The translations under genes were made by a program, and so were the position numbers. From a virus, in IMG/VR virus record IMGVR_UViG_3300012156_000001, positions 1 through 55,062 of that record: DNA of 55,062 bases; one strand, given 5' to 3'. Numbering within the stretch: position 1 is the first letter of the stretch; the number at the start of each line of letters is the position of its first letter. Of the stretch, positions 36,787-45,062 are shown in pieces. The notes beneath the pieces are model-generated. The model saw only the letters and a program-made list of their open reading frames with translations. It did no database searches and had not been told where the DNA came from.

Positions 36787-36812
36787 CCACCTGCGGGTGG
36801 TTATTTTATTTT
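36787..36812 (+). terminator. short hairpin plus T-tract
   Basis: CCACC-TGCG-GGTGG then TTATTTTATTTT. Confidence 0.5.
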
Positions 36813-36837
36813 ACAAAACGAAAGCGAGGAATTAAGA

Positions 36838-37029
36838 ATGAGTAGAGAATGGGTAAAAGCAGCGGGCGTGAGAGCATTGAAGACCTTTTGCCAGACCGGC
36901 TTGACAATGATTACAGTCGGACAGGCGGTATCTGATGTTGATTGGATTGGAATGTTATCTATTTCATTAGTTGCGGCGGTTGCCTCCATGATGACGTCAG
37001 TAATTACTGGCATTCCGGAAGTGCAGTAG
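36838..37029 (+). CDS. holin (r1t-holin-like)
   Basis: 63 aa, VKAAGVRALKTFCQTGL... plus a hydrophobic segment, immediately before endolysin. Confidence 0.6.
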   Translation: MSREWVKAAGVRALKTFCQTGLTMITVGQAVSDVDWIGMLSISLVAAVASMMTSVITGIPEVQ

Positions 37030-37055
37030 TTGCGATATCGCAACTTGGGAGGAAA

Positions 37056-38471
37056 ATGACAAACAGGGAATTTATTGAATTAATCGCCGAGGCTGCCATG
37101 AATGATATGGCAGCCTCCGGTATTTTGGCAAGCATCACGATTGCGCAGGCCTGCTTGGAATCGGCATATGGAACTAGTGAACTGGCAGTCATGGCAAGCA
37201 ATCTATTTGGCATGAAGGCCGTGCTGTCCGGCAATACATGGGCATCGAAGTGGGATGGCAGCACATGCACTAAGGAAACCAAGGAGCAGGACACTGCCGG
37301 CAACGAATATACGATCACGGCAGCTTTCCGCAAATATCAATCGCTTGCGCAGTCCATCAAGGACCATAGTGATTACCTATTGGGGGCCATGAACGGCGGT
37401 ACATTGCGCTATGCCGGTCTTTTCGGCTGCACAGATTACCGAACGGCAGCGCAGATCATTAAGGCCGGTGGATATGCGACTGACATGGCCTATGTAGACA
37501 AGCTATGCGCAGTCATTGAGAGCAACGATCTGACGCAGTACGACGGAGGGAAAGCGATGAAAATATGTCTTGATGCAGGACATTTTGGAAAATATAATCA
37601 GTCACCGGCAGACAGCCGATATTATGAATCGGACATGGCGTGGAAACTGACTGAACTGCAAAAAAAGTACTTACAGCAATATGGATTTGAGGTCATTACC
37701 ACACGCACCAATCAAGCAACTGACAAGGCAACGTATGACCGCGGCATAGCGTCAAAAGGGTACGACTTGTTTATCTCCAATCATTCCAATGCGGTAGCAA
37801 GTACGGTCAATAACAGCATTGATTACCCGGCTGCTTACTGCGCTGTAAACCATTCAGCGGACGCCGTAGGGCTTATCTTGGCGCGAGTGGTAGAAAGTGT
37901 TATGGGAACAAAACAAGCCGCCAGAATCGAAAACAGGAGCGGCAGTAATGGCGATTATTATGGCGTAATTCGCGGAGCCACGGCAGTCGGAACACCGGGG
38001 TTAATCCTGGAACATTCGTTTCATACCAACGCCGCCATAACAGCCTGGTTGCTTGATGATAACAATCTTGACCGGCTGGCCCAGGCAGAAGCGTCCGCGA
38101 TAGCAATGTATTACGGCGTTTCCGATACGGAAAATCACGCATCGGAAAAGAAGTCCGGCTGGCACGAAGAGGATGGCGGGTGGCGTTACTATAACGGCGA
38201 CACGGGCGATTGCGTAATTAACAAGTGGGTAAAAGATTCCAACGATGGCAAATGGTACTGGTTTGATGGAGCCGGAATGATGGTTGCTAATGTCTGGTAC
38301 ATGCATAACGGGCATTGGTATTATCTTGGTGCAGACGGGGCCATGCTGAAAGGATTGCAGGGCATCAACGGGAAGTGGTACTATTTGAATGAAAATGGCG
38401 AAATGACAACGGAGCCGATCACGTTAACACCCGACAGAGATGGCGCATTGCAATACCCGGGCATTGGATAA
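37056..38471 (+). CDS. endolysin: glucosaminidase + N-acetylmuramoyl-L-alanine amidase + cell-wall-binding repeats
   Basis: ITIAQACLESAYGTSELA..NLFGMKA (glucosaminidase). KICLDAGHFG...SNHSNA (Amidase_3). C-terminal GKWYWFDGAGMM / GHWYYLGADGAM / GKWYYLNENGEM repeats. Confidence 0.9.
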   Translation: MTNREFIELIAEAAMNDMAASGILASITIAQACLESAYGTSELAVMASNLFGMKAVLSGNTWASKWDGSTCTKETKEQDTAGNEYTITAAFRKYQSLAQSIKDHSDYLLGAMNGGTLRYAGLFGCTDYRTAAQIIKAGGYATDMAYVDKLCAVIESNDLTQYDGGKAMKICLDAGHFGKYNQSPADSRYYESDMAWKLTELQKKYLQQYGFEVITTRTNQATDKATYDRGIASKGYDLFISNHSNAVASTVNNSIDYPAAYCAVNHSADAVGLILARVVESVMGTKQAARIENRSGSNGDYYGVIRGATAVGTPGLILEHSFHTNAAITAWLLDDNNLDRLAQAEASAIAMYYGVSDTENHASEKKSGWHEEDGGWRYYNGDTGDCVINKWVKDSNDGKWYWFDGAGMMVANVWYMHNGHWYYLGADGAMLKGLQGINGKWYYLNENGEMTTEPITLTPDRDGALQYPGIG

Positions 38472-38530
38472 CCTCTCGGATTCGATAGGTTTGGACATAT
38501 CAGATAAAATAATATGACGGTGGTGATTAA

Positions 38531-38812
38531 ATGGACACGAATACAATACAGCTAATGTGCACTATTGTTTGCTGCTGTCTTGCTGCTGCTTCCTTTTGGC
38601 GAAGCGGTAATACAGACAGTGCGAGAGAAAATGAACGCTGGGGAGCGTTCAACAAGGAAATGGAGTATGTGCGCAAGGATTTGGACGAAATCAAAAATCT
38701 GGTCGGGCAGAATTCCAGAGACACAAAAGATTCTATCAGGCGCGTGCATGACCGTCTGGACGAACACTTAAGAAAAGAACACAACCAAACCGTGCCTAAA
38801 CGCTCTGGTTAA
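38531..38812 (+). CDS. small membrane protein (N-terminal TM + coiled coil)
   Basis: LMCTIVCCCLAAASFW hydrophobic segment. Confidence 0.55.
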   Translation: MDTNTIQLMCTIVCCCLAAASFWRSGNTDSARENERWGAFNKEMEYVRKDLDEIKNLVGQNSRDTKDSIRRVHDRLDEHLRKEHNQTVPKRSG

Positions 38813-38824
38813 CAAGGAGGGATT

Positions 38825-39121
38825 GTGGATATTAACGAAAGAATTGTGGACGTTGAGGAAAGAGTGGAACATCTCAACTTCGCCACGGAGATATTGCAGG
38901 AATTGAAGTCGACAATCAAGCGATTATGGATAATTTTGATTATAATATTATCGCTGTGGGCCACTACTATCGGTGGATTTGTCTGGTATATTTCGCAATA
39001 TGATTATATAGGCTACTCGCAGGATGGAAACGGTTATAACAATGTAAACGTAAATAATGGGGGATCGGTGCAGAATAACAATGGGACAAAAAGTCAAAAC
39101 GAGACTCAAGAAGAGCGGTAA
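38825..39121 (+). CDS. XhlA-like small membrane protein
   Basis: Coiled coil then TM LWIILIIILSLWATTIGGFVWYI; GTG after AAGGAGGG. Confidence 0.5.
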   Translation: MDINERIVDVEERVEHLNFATEILQELKSTIKRLWIILIIILSLWATTIGGFVWYISQYDYIGYSQDGNGYNNVNVNNGGSVQNNNGTKSQNETQEER

Positions 39122-39207
39122 CAAAAAAGGCACGGCGGTTAGAAAAACGAAAAAGAAATAAAATCGAGGATGTCACCCAGGGCATTCTTTTTGATTGGAG
39201 CAATTTA

Positions 39208-39420
39208 ATGGCCCAGCAGCTTAAAGTATGCGATTTTACAATGCCAGAAATTGAGCGGTTCCGTACACTATGCAATTTTACGCCGGAGGAAATGGAGTTT
39301 TTCAACCTCCGGAGCCGGAACAAAAGTATCATAGAAATCACTTTCGCCATGAACATATCCAAATCCAAGGCAGATGTTTTGTCTAAAAAAGTAAAATCGA
39401 AGATTATAAGAGTTTTATAA
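39208..39420 (+). CDS. small HTH regulator (sigma-70 region-4-like)
   Basis: 70 aa; SIIEITFAMNISKSKADVLSKKV. Confidence 0.5.
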   Translation: MAQQLKVCDFTMPEIERFRTLCNFTPEEMEFFNLRSRNKSIIEITFAMNISKSKADVLSKKVKSKIIRVL

Positions 39421-39422
39421 AA

Positions 39423-39458
39423 AAATAGCGGGTTCCAGATGTCCGGTTCCCGCTATTT
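39423..39458. terminator. bidirectional terminator between convergent genes
   Basis: AAATAGCGGG (39423-32) pairs with CCCGCTATTT (39449-58). Confidence 0.7.
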
Positions 39459-39476
39459 CTAAGGTTTTGTATGATT

Positions 39477-39683
39477 TCATTCGCCGTTATCAGCGAAAAC
39501 CAACAGATACTCTTCAACGTCTTCTAAAGTTCCAAGTTCCCATGGTTCATCCGAACTGTTATCAGCCACATAAAAAGCGTCACCCGATTTGTAAAAAGCA
39601 AAACTACTATCGCTATAAACCCGAAACGCTTCTTCACTCAATTCGTGCGAATCTGTGAATTCATATCTTTTTAATCCTGTCAT
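39477..39683 (-). CDS. small acidic hypothetical protein (68 aa)
   Basis: Last ORF of leftward operon B. Confidence 0.55.
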   Translation of the reverse strand: MTGLKRYEFTDSHELSEEAFRVYSDSSFAFYKSGDAFYVADNSSDEPWELGTLEDVEEYLLVFADNGE

Positions 39684-39731
39684 ATCTGCTCCCCTCTTTA
39701 TCCAATCTACGTAAAATGGCTATCAATTATA

Positions 39732-40487
39732 TCATCCATGCAGAGTATTAAATTCTTTGTAGTCCAGCAATGTCCACTCTTGGTAGGCGTAGGCCCGTCG
39801 CGGCTTACCTTGACGGGTTTGCTTTATGGCCCGAAACGCGGATGCTATGGCATGTGCATCTTGCGGATTCCCGATTTCCTTACCAAAAAGATCAGCGTTT
39901 TCCCGGCACCATTTCAAAAGGTTGTTAAACTCAAACACTTCGCCCGATGGGGCCTGTATCTTCCAGTATTTTGCCGTCACGTTGGTGTCAAACGGTCCAG
40001 CAAGGGGGCTTATCTGCGATGCCGGAGTTCCCTTTTTTAAATTGTCGGACGGGTTTTTATTTAACAATCTCTCCCGAGCTTCAGGACTCCATTTGAATTT
40101 TATTCCCCTGTGTATTAGCGACGCCTGCTTTGCTTTGCATTCTGATGATCCGCAAGTGCTTGTTGTGTCCGACAGATATCGGCGAAACTCTTTTCCGCAG
40201 ATAGGGCAGTTTTCAACTACCGGCGGAGGTGATCGATGAACTTCTTTTCGTCTCGGATGGTAGTTGGAATCATAAGACCATGCAAAACCCTTGACGAGGT
40301 GTGAGTATTCGGCGCAATCCCGGTTTTGTATAAGAGTTTTGCTGATTGAGGCGGCGGTAACCCTGTGCTCAGCCGCCGCTGCTGCTATCGAGCCGTATAC
40401 ACCAACACATTCTTTGCTGTCAACGTCGTATTTATATATATTCTTTGGCTTTGTCAAATTACCGGATTCTCCTTTCCACACTCCCAT
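39732..40487 (-). CDS. NUMOD-type DNA-binding protein (homing-endonuclease-like DNA-binding modules, no nuclease motif seen)
   Basis: N-terminal NIYKYDVDSKECVGVYGSIAAAAAEHRVTAASISKTL, CPICG...C..SEC Zn motif, NUMOD3-like HRGIKFKWSPEARERL. Confidence 0.5.
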   Translation of the reverse strand: MGVWKGESGNLTKPKNIYKYDVDSKECVGVYGSIAAAAAEHRVTAASISKTLIQNRDCAEYSHLVKGFAWSYDSNYHPRRKEVHRSPPPVVENCPICGKEFRRYLSDTTSTCGSSECKAKQASLIHRGIKFKWSPEARERLLNKNPSDNLKKGTPASQISPLAGPFDTNVTAKYWKIQAPSGEVFEFNNLLKWCRENADLFGKEIGNPQDAHAIASAFRAIKQTRQGKPRRAYAYQEWTLLDYKEFNTLHG

Positions 40488-40843
40488 GACTCGCCGAACT
40501 TAATTTCATGGGCCTTCGCATAAGCGTCAAAAAACTCTTGATCAGCGCATGGCGCCAGTTCCCTGTGTAATTCTTCCCGTAATTCATCATTCATCAAATT
40601 GACGGCTACGTCAAAATCAATCTCTATTCCATGTTTATTAATTATAGTATTTCTCATAAAATCCTCCATTCTGCAATTAAGCACTTGCGATAATGCGTAG
40701 CAATTCTGCAAAGTCATGTTACTTATTTTATACTCGCCACTCTCGTACTTTTGGATAGTCCTAAGATTGACGCCACTCATACTTGCGAGTTCTGCTTGTT
40801 TAAATCCGTTGATACTTCGATAATGTTTCAGTTTGTTTTTCAT
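40454..40843 (-). CDS. XRE-family HTH protein with unknown C-terminal domain
   Basis: FKQAELASMSGVNLRTIQKYESG HTH; ATG 40843 after AAGGGAG (40861 alternative). Confidence 0.7.
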   Translation of the reverse strand: MKNKLKHYRSINGFKQAELASMSGVNLRTIQKYESGEYKISNMTLQNCYALSQVLNCRMEDFMRNTIINKHGIEIDFDVAVNLMNDELREELHRELAPCADQEFFDAYAKAHEIKFGESWECGKENPVI

Positions 40844-40857
40844 AACCTTCTCCCTTC

Positions 40858-41244
40858 TCATGCGGTGCAGTCACCGTGGCACCAGCTACCACAAAGGCGG
40901 CACTTGCCAGTTTCATCAAATCTTGATTTTGCAGCGGATGCCATCTTTGCCGGTGCGCTAGCATTGATTACGCGATAGGCTGTGTGAACTTCGATTGTTT
41001 TAGTTTTTGCATCATACGAGCCATTAACCGTCTTGCAGCTTGCGTAGTTGTTCTTGTATTCAGAGTAGAGCATTCTTACAACTCCACTTGCCGCCTTTTT
41101 TTCTTCCATCTCAACGTTGGTCTTTTCGGTTCTCCAGCTTCTCTTTAAGCACTCCGCAAAGGTTTTTTCGTTGATTGTGTTTTTGCTTGTGTTGTAGTTC
41201 TTCCACGCTCTTTTCATAATCTCACTTAAGTTGTACTTTTTCAT
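40858..41244 (-). CDS. hypothetical protein (128 aa, C-terminal CRLCGSWCHGDC)
   Basis: ATG 8 nt after GGAGGAA; first gene behind promoter 41279-41307. Confidence 0.6.
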   Translation of the reverse strand: MKKYNLSEIMKRAWKNYNTSKNTINEKTFAECLKRSWRTEKTNVEMEEKKAASGVVRMLYSEYKNNYASCKTVNGSYDAKTKTIEVHTAYRVINASAPAKMASAAKSRFDETGKCRLCGSWCHGDCTA

Positions 41245-41278
41245 CTTTGTTTCCTCCGGTTCTTTATCTTATATACTT

Positions 41279-41337
41279 ATTATACGCCTATATAGTCGTA
41301 AAGTCAAGAGGTTTTTACAGATATATCAAACTTTTTC
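41279..41337 (-). promoter_or_regulatory. sigma70-type promoter of leftward operon B
   Basis: On minus strand: -35 TTGACT (41307-02), 17-nt spacer, -10 TATAAT (41284-79). Upstream block shared with 42776-42810. Confidence 0.7.
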
Positions 41338-42081
41338 ACGTTTACTCTTAGCTATTTTGGCGAACCGCTCTGGGTAAACCTCTTTATACCATTCGAGAAA
41401 AGGCCCGTGCAGTTTTTCCTCCCCTGCCTCCCTCGCTGCCTTTGCCTCATCAAACGTGCCGGATGTTCCGAGGGAATACCACTTTCCCTTGAATCCAATT
41501 CCTGCACGATACTTCCCGGTTTTTTTATTCAAATACACGCCTTTTGCTCCGGTCGTGTTATTTTTGGGCATTTTCTTTGACATGATTATTGTCACATTCG
41601 TGTCATTCACCAAGCCAAATGTCTCGACCGCCCTCATTGATGCCTTTTCGTTTTTTAAACATCCACAACTAAGCACGCGTCCTTTTTCCAAGCCTTGACG
41701 TGCAATGACCTTTATTTTATCACAGTCACATTTGCATTCCCATCTGTCTCGATATCCCCGCTCCCCCGTGGATGCCTTTCTTAGCACCGTCAATCTGCCA
41801 AAACGTCTCCCGGTCAGGTCTTGATTGTGTACGACTTTTTTCTCACCAGCTTTGTGCAATGCTTCTCTACGTAGGCAGCCGCATGAGCGTGTATCTCCAA
41901 TCAGCAGACTTCTTTCCCTGATGTTTATGGGTGGTTTTCCACATTCACATTCACATTGCCACATTCTTTTATAGTCTTTCGTTTTTTCATTCACCATCCC
42001 AATCACAGTCAATCTTCCGAATTTTTTGCCTGTCAAATCATTTTTGCAGTTTTGGGGATGTCTGATAATTTCATTCTTCAC
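41326..42081 (-). CDS. AP2-domain DNA-binding protein with two N-terminal Zn modules
   Basis: LTGKKFGRLTVI..WQCECECG..SCGC and LTGRRFGRLTVL..WECKCDCD..SCGC. C-terminal GVYLNKKTGKYRAGIGFKGKWYSLGTSGTFDEA is AP2-like. Confidence 0.7.
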   Translation of the reverse strand: MKNEIIRHPQNCKNDLTGKKFGRLTVIGMVNEKTKDYKRMWQCECECGKPPINIRERSLLIGDTRSCGCLRREALHKAGEKKVVHNQDLTGRRFGRLTVLRKASTGERGYRDRWECKCDCDKIKVIARQGLEKGRVLSCGCLKNEKASMRAVETFGLVNDTNVTIIMSKKMPKNNTTGAKGVYLNKKTGKYRAGIGFKGKWYSLGTSGTFDEAKAAREAGEEKLHGPFLEWYKEVYPERFAKIAKSKREKV

Positions 42082-42083
42082 TT

Positions 42084-42518
42084 TTATCCCTCGCTGGAAT
42101 ATATTACTGCGTCATCACTAATCATGACCTCACCGCCTACAACTTTTCCGGGCACCGAAAACGGGTATACGGAAAGATCAATAGTGCATTCGCCATCGTC
42201 CGTTATGTTATTCCCGGTTCTTCCGTCAACTGCATTCGCGCCGTCAAGAAGCATTTCTTGTTCCTCTGTCCGCAGGCTTCCCCATGTCAATCCTGCGTAA
42301 TTCTTTGCGACTTCTCGCAAAAGATTGCCCGTGTCAAGAAAATCCTCCATGCGGCATCCCAGCACCAGCGCAAGCTTATACAGCTTTTCGCCTGACATTC
42401 CCTCGATGCGTTTCTGGCCTTGTTCAATATTGCGGATCAGGGAATAGGATACCCCTGCCGCTTTTGCAAGTCCGGACTGGGAGTATCCGGCCCGGACTCT
42501 GAATTCTTGTAATTTCAT
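42084..42518 (-). CDS. XRE-family HTH protein with unknown C-terminal domain (paralogue of 40454..40843 in the N-domain)
   Basis: YSQSGLAKAAGVSYSLIRNIEQG HTH; shares VLGCRMEDF junction with VLNCRMEDF. Confidence 0.7.
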   Translation of the reverse strand: MKLQEFRVRAGYSQSGLAKAAGVSYSLIRNIEQGQKRIEGMSGEKLYKLALVLGCRMEDFLDTGNLLREVAKNYAGLTWGSLRTEEQEMLLDGANAVDGRTGNNITDDGECTIDLSVYPFSVPGKVVGGEVMISDDAVIYSSEG

Positions 42519-42519
42519 A

Positions 42520-42702
42520 TTACACCTCAACTGTTCCATAAGTGTAATTATTAGTTACACGATCATGATTTGTAGCGAAATACTTATAACCGATTACGCT
42601 GGCACTGTAAGACGTGATTTCGATGTCTTTCATGTTCCTCCCGGTTGCTTTCTTAACAATTCTTTTCATTTCGGTAATTTCTTTTGCTGTTGGTGTTCTC
42701 AT
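42520..42702 (-). CDS. small hypothetical protein (60 aa)
   Basis: ATG 8 nt after AAAGGAGAA; first gene behind promoter 42752-42780. Confidence 0.55.
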   Translation of the reverse strand: MRTPTAKEITEMKRIVKKATGRNMKDIEITSYSASVIGYKYFATNHDRVTNNYTYGTVEV

Positions 42703-42751
42703 AGTTTTATTCTCCTTTTATTGTGTGTTTTGTGCTCCTTAACTTAATACT

Positions 42752-42810
42752 AGTATAACACTATAGTGTTAGAATGTCAAGGGGTTTTTACAAATATTTT
42801 AAACTTTTTT
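42752..42810 (-). promoter_or_regulatory. consensus sigma70 promoter of leftward operon A with palindromic operator
   Basis: On minus strand: -35 TTGACA (42780-75), 17-nt spacer, -10 TATACT (42757-52). Palindrome AACACTATAGTGTT at 42757-70. Confidence 0.75.
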
Positions 42811-42917
42811 GCATTGAGAAAGAAGAAAAAGACGGGATCGCTTTCCTGTCTCCCACCTATCGACAATTTTTCCGCAATCTGTTATAATTAGAAAAAAAGA
42901 AAAGGAGAATGCGAGGT

Positions 42918-43535
42918 ATGAAGAAATTAGGAACTATTTTTATTTTGGCATTTGTTTTATTATCAACACCAGTTATGAATGCGTTTGCCGGATGGGAGGA
43001 CATTGGTTCTGATTCGTATTACCGCAATGCAGACGGCGAATTGCTCACGGGATGGGTGCTTTTTACGATGGGATGGTTTTATTTTTACGATGATGGAAAA
43101 ATGGCGCATGATACCACTATTGGTGAATATCAAATAGGAAGCAACGGCGTATGGAAAGATCCGAACACACCGCCGCCATTATATTCGGAAATGGGCGTTA
43201 AATGGGAAATATGCAATGCTGACGGGCAGGATGCGATAAATAAAGGAAAGGCAAACGGAACCGTGGTCTATTATGGCGGGTATTATTGGAAAGCCCATAC
43301 TGCCAGTCCAGCAGAAACCGCTTCATCCGTTGGCGCGCCGCCTTATGGGGGGACGTGGTATCGGTGCGGATCGATTGAATTATCCAAACTCTTAAAAGGT
43401 CTATCAGATGGAACAATTGTATATTATGAAGGGGAATATTGGACAAATGTGCATATCACTGGCGAGGATATTTATGTATTAGAGGGCTTGGCAACAATCG
43501 AATACAAGGAAACTTATCAAACATTAATGCCGTAA
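42918..43535 (+). CDS. secreted cell-wall-binding-repeat protein
   Basis: Signal peptide MKKLGTIFILAFVLLSTPVMNAFA; YYRNADGELLTGWV / GWFYFYDDGKM repeats. Confidence 0.7.
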   Translation: MKKLGTIFILAFVLLSTPVMNAFAGWEDIGSDSYYRNADGELLTGWVLFTMGWFYFYDDGKMAHDTTIGEYQIGSNGVWKDPNTPPPLYSEMGVKWEICNADGQDAINKGKANGTVVYYGGYYWKAHTASPAETASSVGAPPYGGTWYRCGSIELSKLLKGLSDGTIVYYEGEYWTNVHITGEDIYVLEGLATIEYKETYQTLMP

Positions 43536-43612
43536 TTATTCTTGTCCCTAAGCAAATAATAGAGAAATAAAGGTATGTTACATATAATAGACCCAAAATT
43601 ATGATAATACAA

Positions 43613-43645
43613 GAGCCGGTGATTAAATTCACTGGCTCATTTTTT
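43613..43645 (+). terminator. rho-independent terminator
   Basis: GAGCCGGT / ACTGGCTC stem (one mismatch) followed by ATTTTTT. Confidence 0.55.
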
Positions 43646-43654
43646 AAAAAGGTA

Positions 43655-43696
43655 TTGACAAGTACTTATAAAGGTGTATAATAGTACTTATAAAGG
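43655..43696 (+). promoter_or_regulatory. sigma70 promoter flanked by a 14-bp direct-repeat operator
   Basis: -35 TTGACA 43655-60, -10 TATAAT 43677-82. AGTACTTATAAAGG at 43661-74 and 43683-96. Confidence 0.7.
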
Positions 43697-43706
43697 AGGT
43701 GGTGAT

Positions 43707-43862
43707 ATGTCGCCAAAGCAGATAGAGAACACCGAAAGAGTGAGTACTTATATCAGAAAGGAGCATTTGGAATCCTTAAAGATTAAGGCAATGGAGAGGG
43801 GGTTAAATGTATCAAGCTTGATCAGAATGCTGATCGTAGAGTATTTGAATGAAAAGAAATAG
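43707..43862 (+). CDS. ribbon-helix-helix (Arc/Mnt/CopG-like) repressor
   Basis: 51 aa; RVSTYIRKEHLESLKIKAMERGLNVSSLIRMLI gives a beta-strand plus two helices. Confidence 0.7.
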   Translation: MSPKQIENTERVSTYIRKEHLESLKIKAMERGLNVSSLIRMLIVEYLNEKK

Positions 43863-43980
43863 GACACTTGTCGCCTGGTAAGCATAAACAAATGTCCCGA
43901 TGTGAGATCTCTCTCGTAAATATTATAACACGAGCAGGGATCTCCTGTCAAAGCACAAATTTGAAAGGAGATTTTTTATT

Positions 43981-44793
43981 ATGAACGAGCTACAGATTTT
44001 TAACAATCCGGAGTTTGGAGAAGTGAGAACAGTGGAAATTGATAATGAGGCATGGTTTGTCGGCAGGGATATCGCGCTGGCGCTGGGATACAAGAAGCCT
44101 TATGATGCTGTGGTTCATCATGTCGACGAAGATGATACCCTAAAACAGGGTATCACCGATGCCATAGGCAGAACACAGCAAACAATTCTCATTAATGAAT
44201 CCGGCATGTATGCCCTTATCATCATGAGTGAATTGCCCAGCGCCAAGAAATTCAAGCGTTGGGTCACCGCCGAAGTACTTCCGGCCATCCGCAAACAAGG
44301 AGGCTATAATCTCCCGCAGCTTACACAAGCCGAAATGATATTGCAAATGGCGCGGAACACGGTAGAACTTGAACGAAAGTTAGAGGCACAGGGACAACTG
44401 CTGGAAATCCAAGATCAGCGCCTTGCCGTCATTGAGCAGACAGCGCAGGAATCAGCGACGAAGCTGGAAACCACATTGAAAGTGTTTGCAAACCCGAGCA
44501 TTGACCACTGGAGCGCTGATATGAACGGCGCAATCAATGTGATGGTAGCGACATATCATTTAAGCCCGGTCAAGTTCCGGGGAGTGATATACAAAGAACT
44601 GGAGGAAAGTTCCGGCATCTTATTGGGCAGCCGTTTAATCCGTCGCAGAAAAGATATGGTGAGACGAGGAGCTACTAAAACCGAAGCGAAAACATTGACA
44701 AAAATGGATGTTATCAGCAAAGATAAGCAATTGCGGCAGATTTTTGAAGGAATAATAAAAAAACACCAGGCCATATACGGCGTGCAGAGATGA
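43981..44793 (+). CDS. Bro-N domain antirepressor
   Basis: LQIFNNPEFGEVRTVEIDNEAWFVGRDIALALGY is the Bro-N signature. Confidence 0.8.
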   Translation: MNELQIFNNPEFGEVRTVEIDNEAWFVGRDIALALGYKKPYDAVVHHVDEDDTLKQGITDAIGRTQQTILINESGMYALIIMSELPSAKKFKRWVTAEVLPAIRKQGGYNLPQLTQAEMILQMARNTVELERKLEAQGQLLEIQDQRLAVIEQTAQESATKLETTLKVFANPSIDHWSADMNGAINVMVATYHLSPVKFRGVIYKELEESSGILLGSRLIRRRKDMVRRGATKTEAKTLTKMDVISKDKQLRQIFEGIIKKHQAIYGVQR

Positions 44794-44808
44794 AGGGAGA
44801 TATAAATC

Positions 44809-44934
44809 GTGGCAGAACATAAGGAGTACATCAAGTTAATTATGGAAATATTAGAGAGAACTAATAATGTGACACTGACAAGGTGCGCGTACTACTTTGT
44901 GAGAAGCATGTGCGGAGGAGGTAAAAAATTATGA
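44809..44934 (+). CDS. micro-ORF (41 aa), paralogue of next ORF
   Basis: GTG 8 nt after GAAGGGAGA; EYIKLIMEILER...YYFVRS. Confidence 0.45.
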   Translation: MAEHKEYIKLIMEILERTNNVTLTRCAYYFVRSMCGGGKKL

Positions 44935-45062
44935 CCGAACGCGAAACGTATATTAAATCAATCGTGGATTACTTAGAAAGAATTGGCAGTGATACTTTTG
45001 TGAGGCGCGTATATGTTCTTGTAAAAAGCGTATACACACAGAAGAGCAGTAAGGTGTCATGA
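44931..45062 (+). CDS. micro-ORF (43 aa), paralogue of previous ORF
   Basis: ATGA overlaps at both ends; TYIKSIVDYLER...YVLVKS. Confidence 0.45.
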   Translation: MTERETYIKSIVDYLERIGSDTFVRRVYVLVKSVYTQKSSKVS

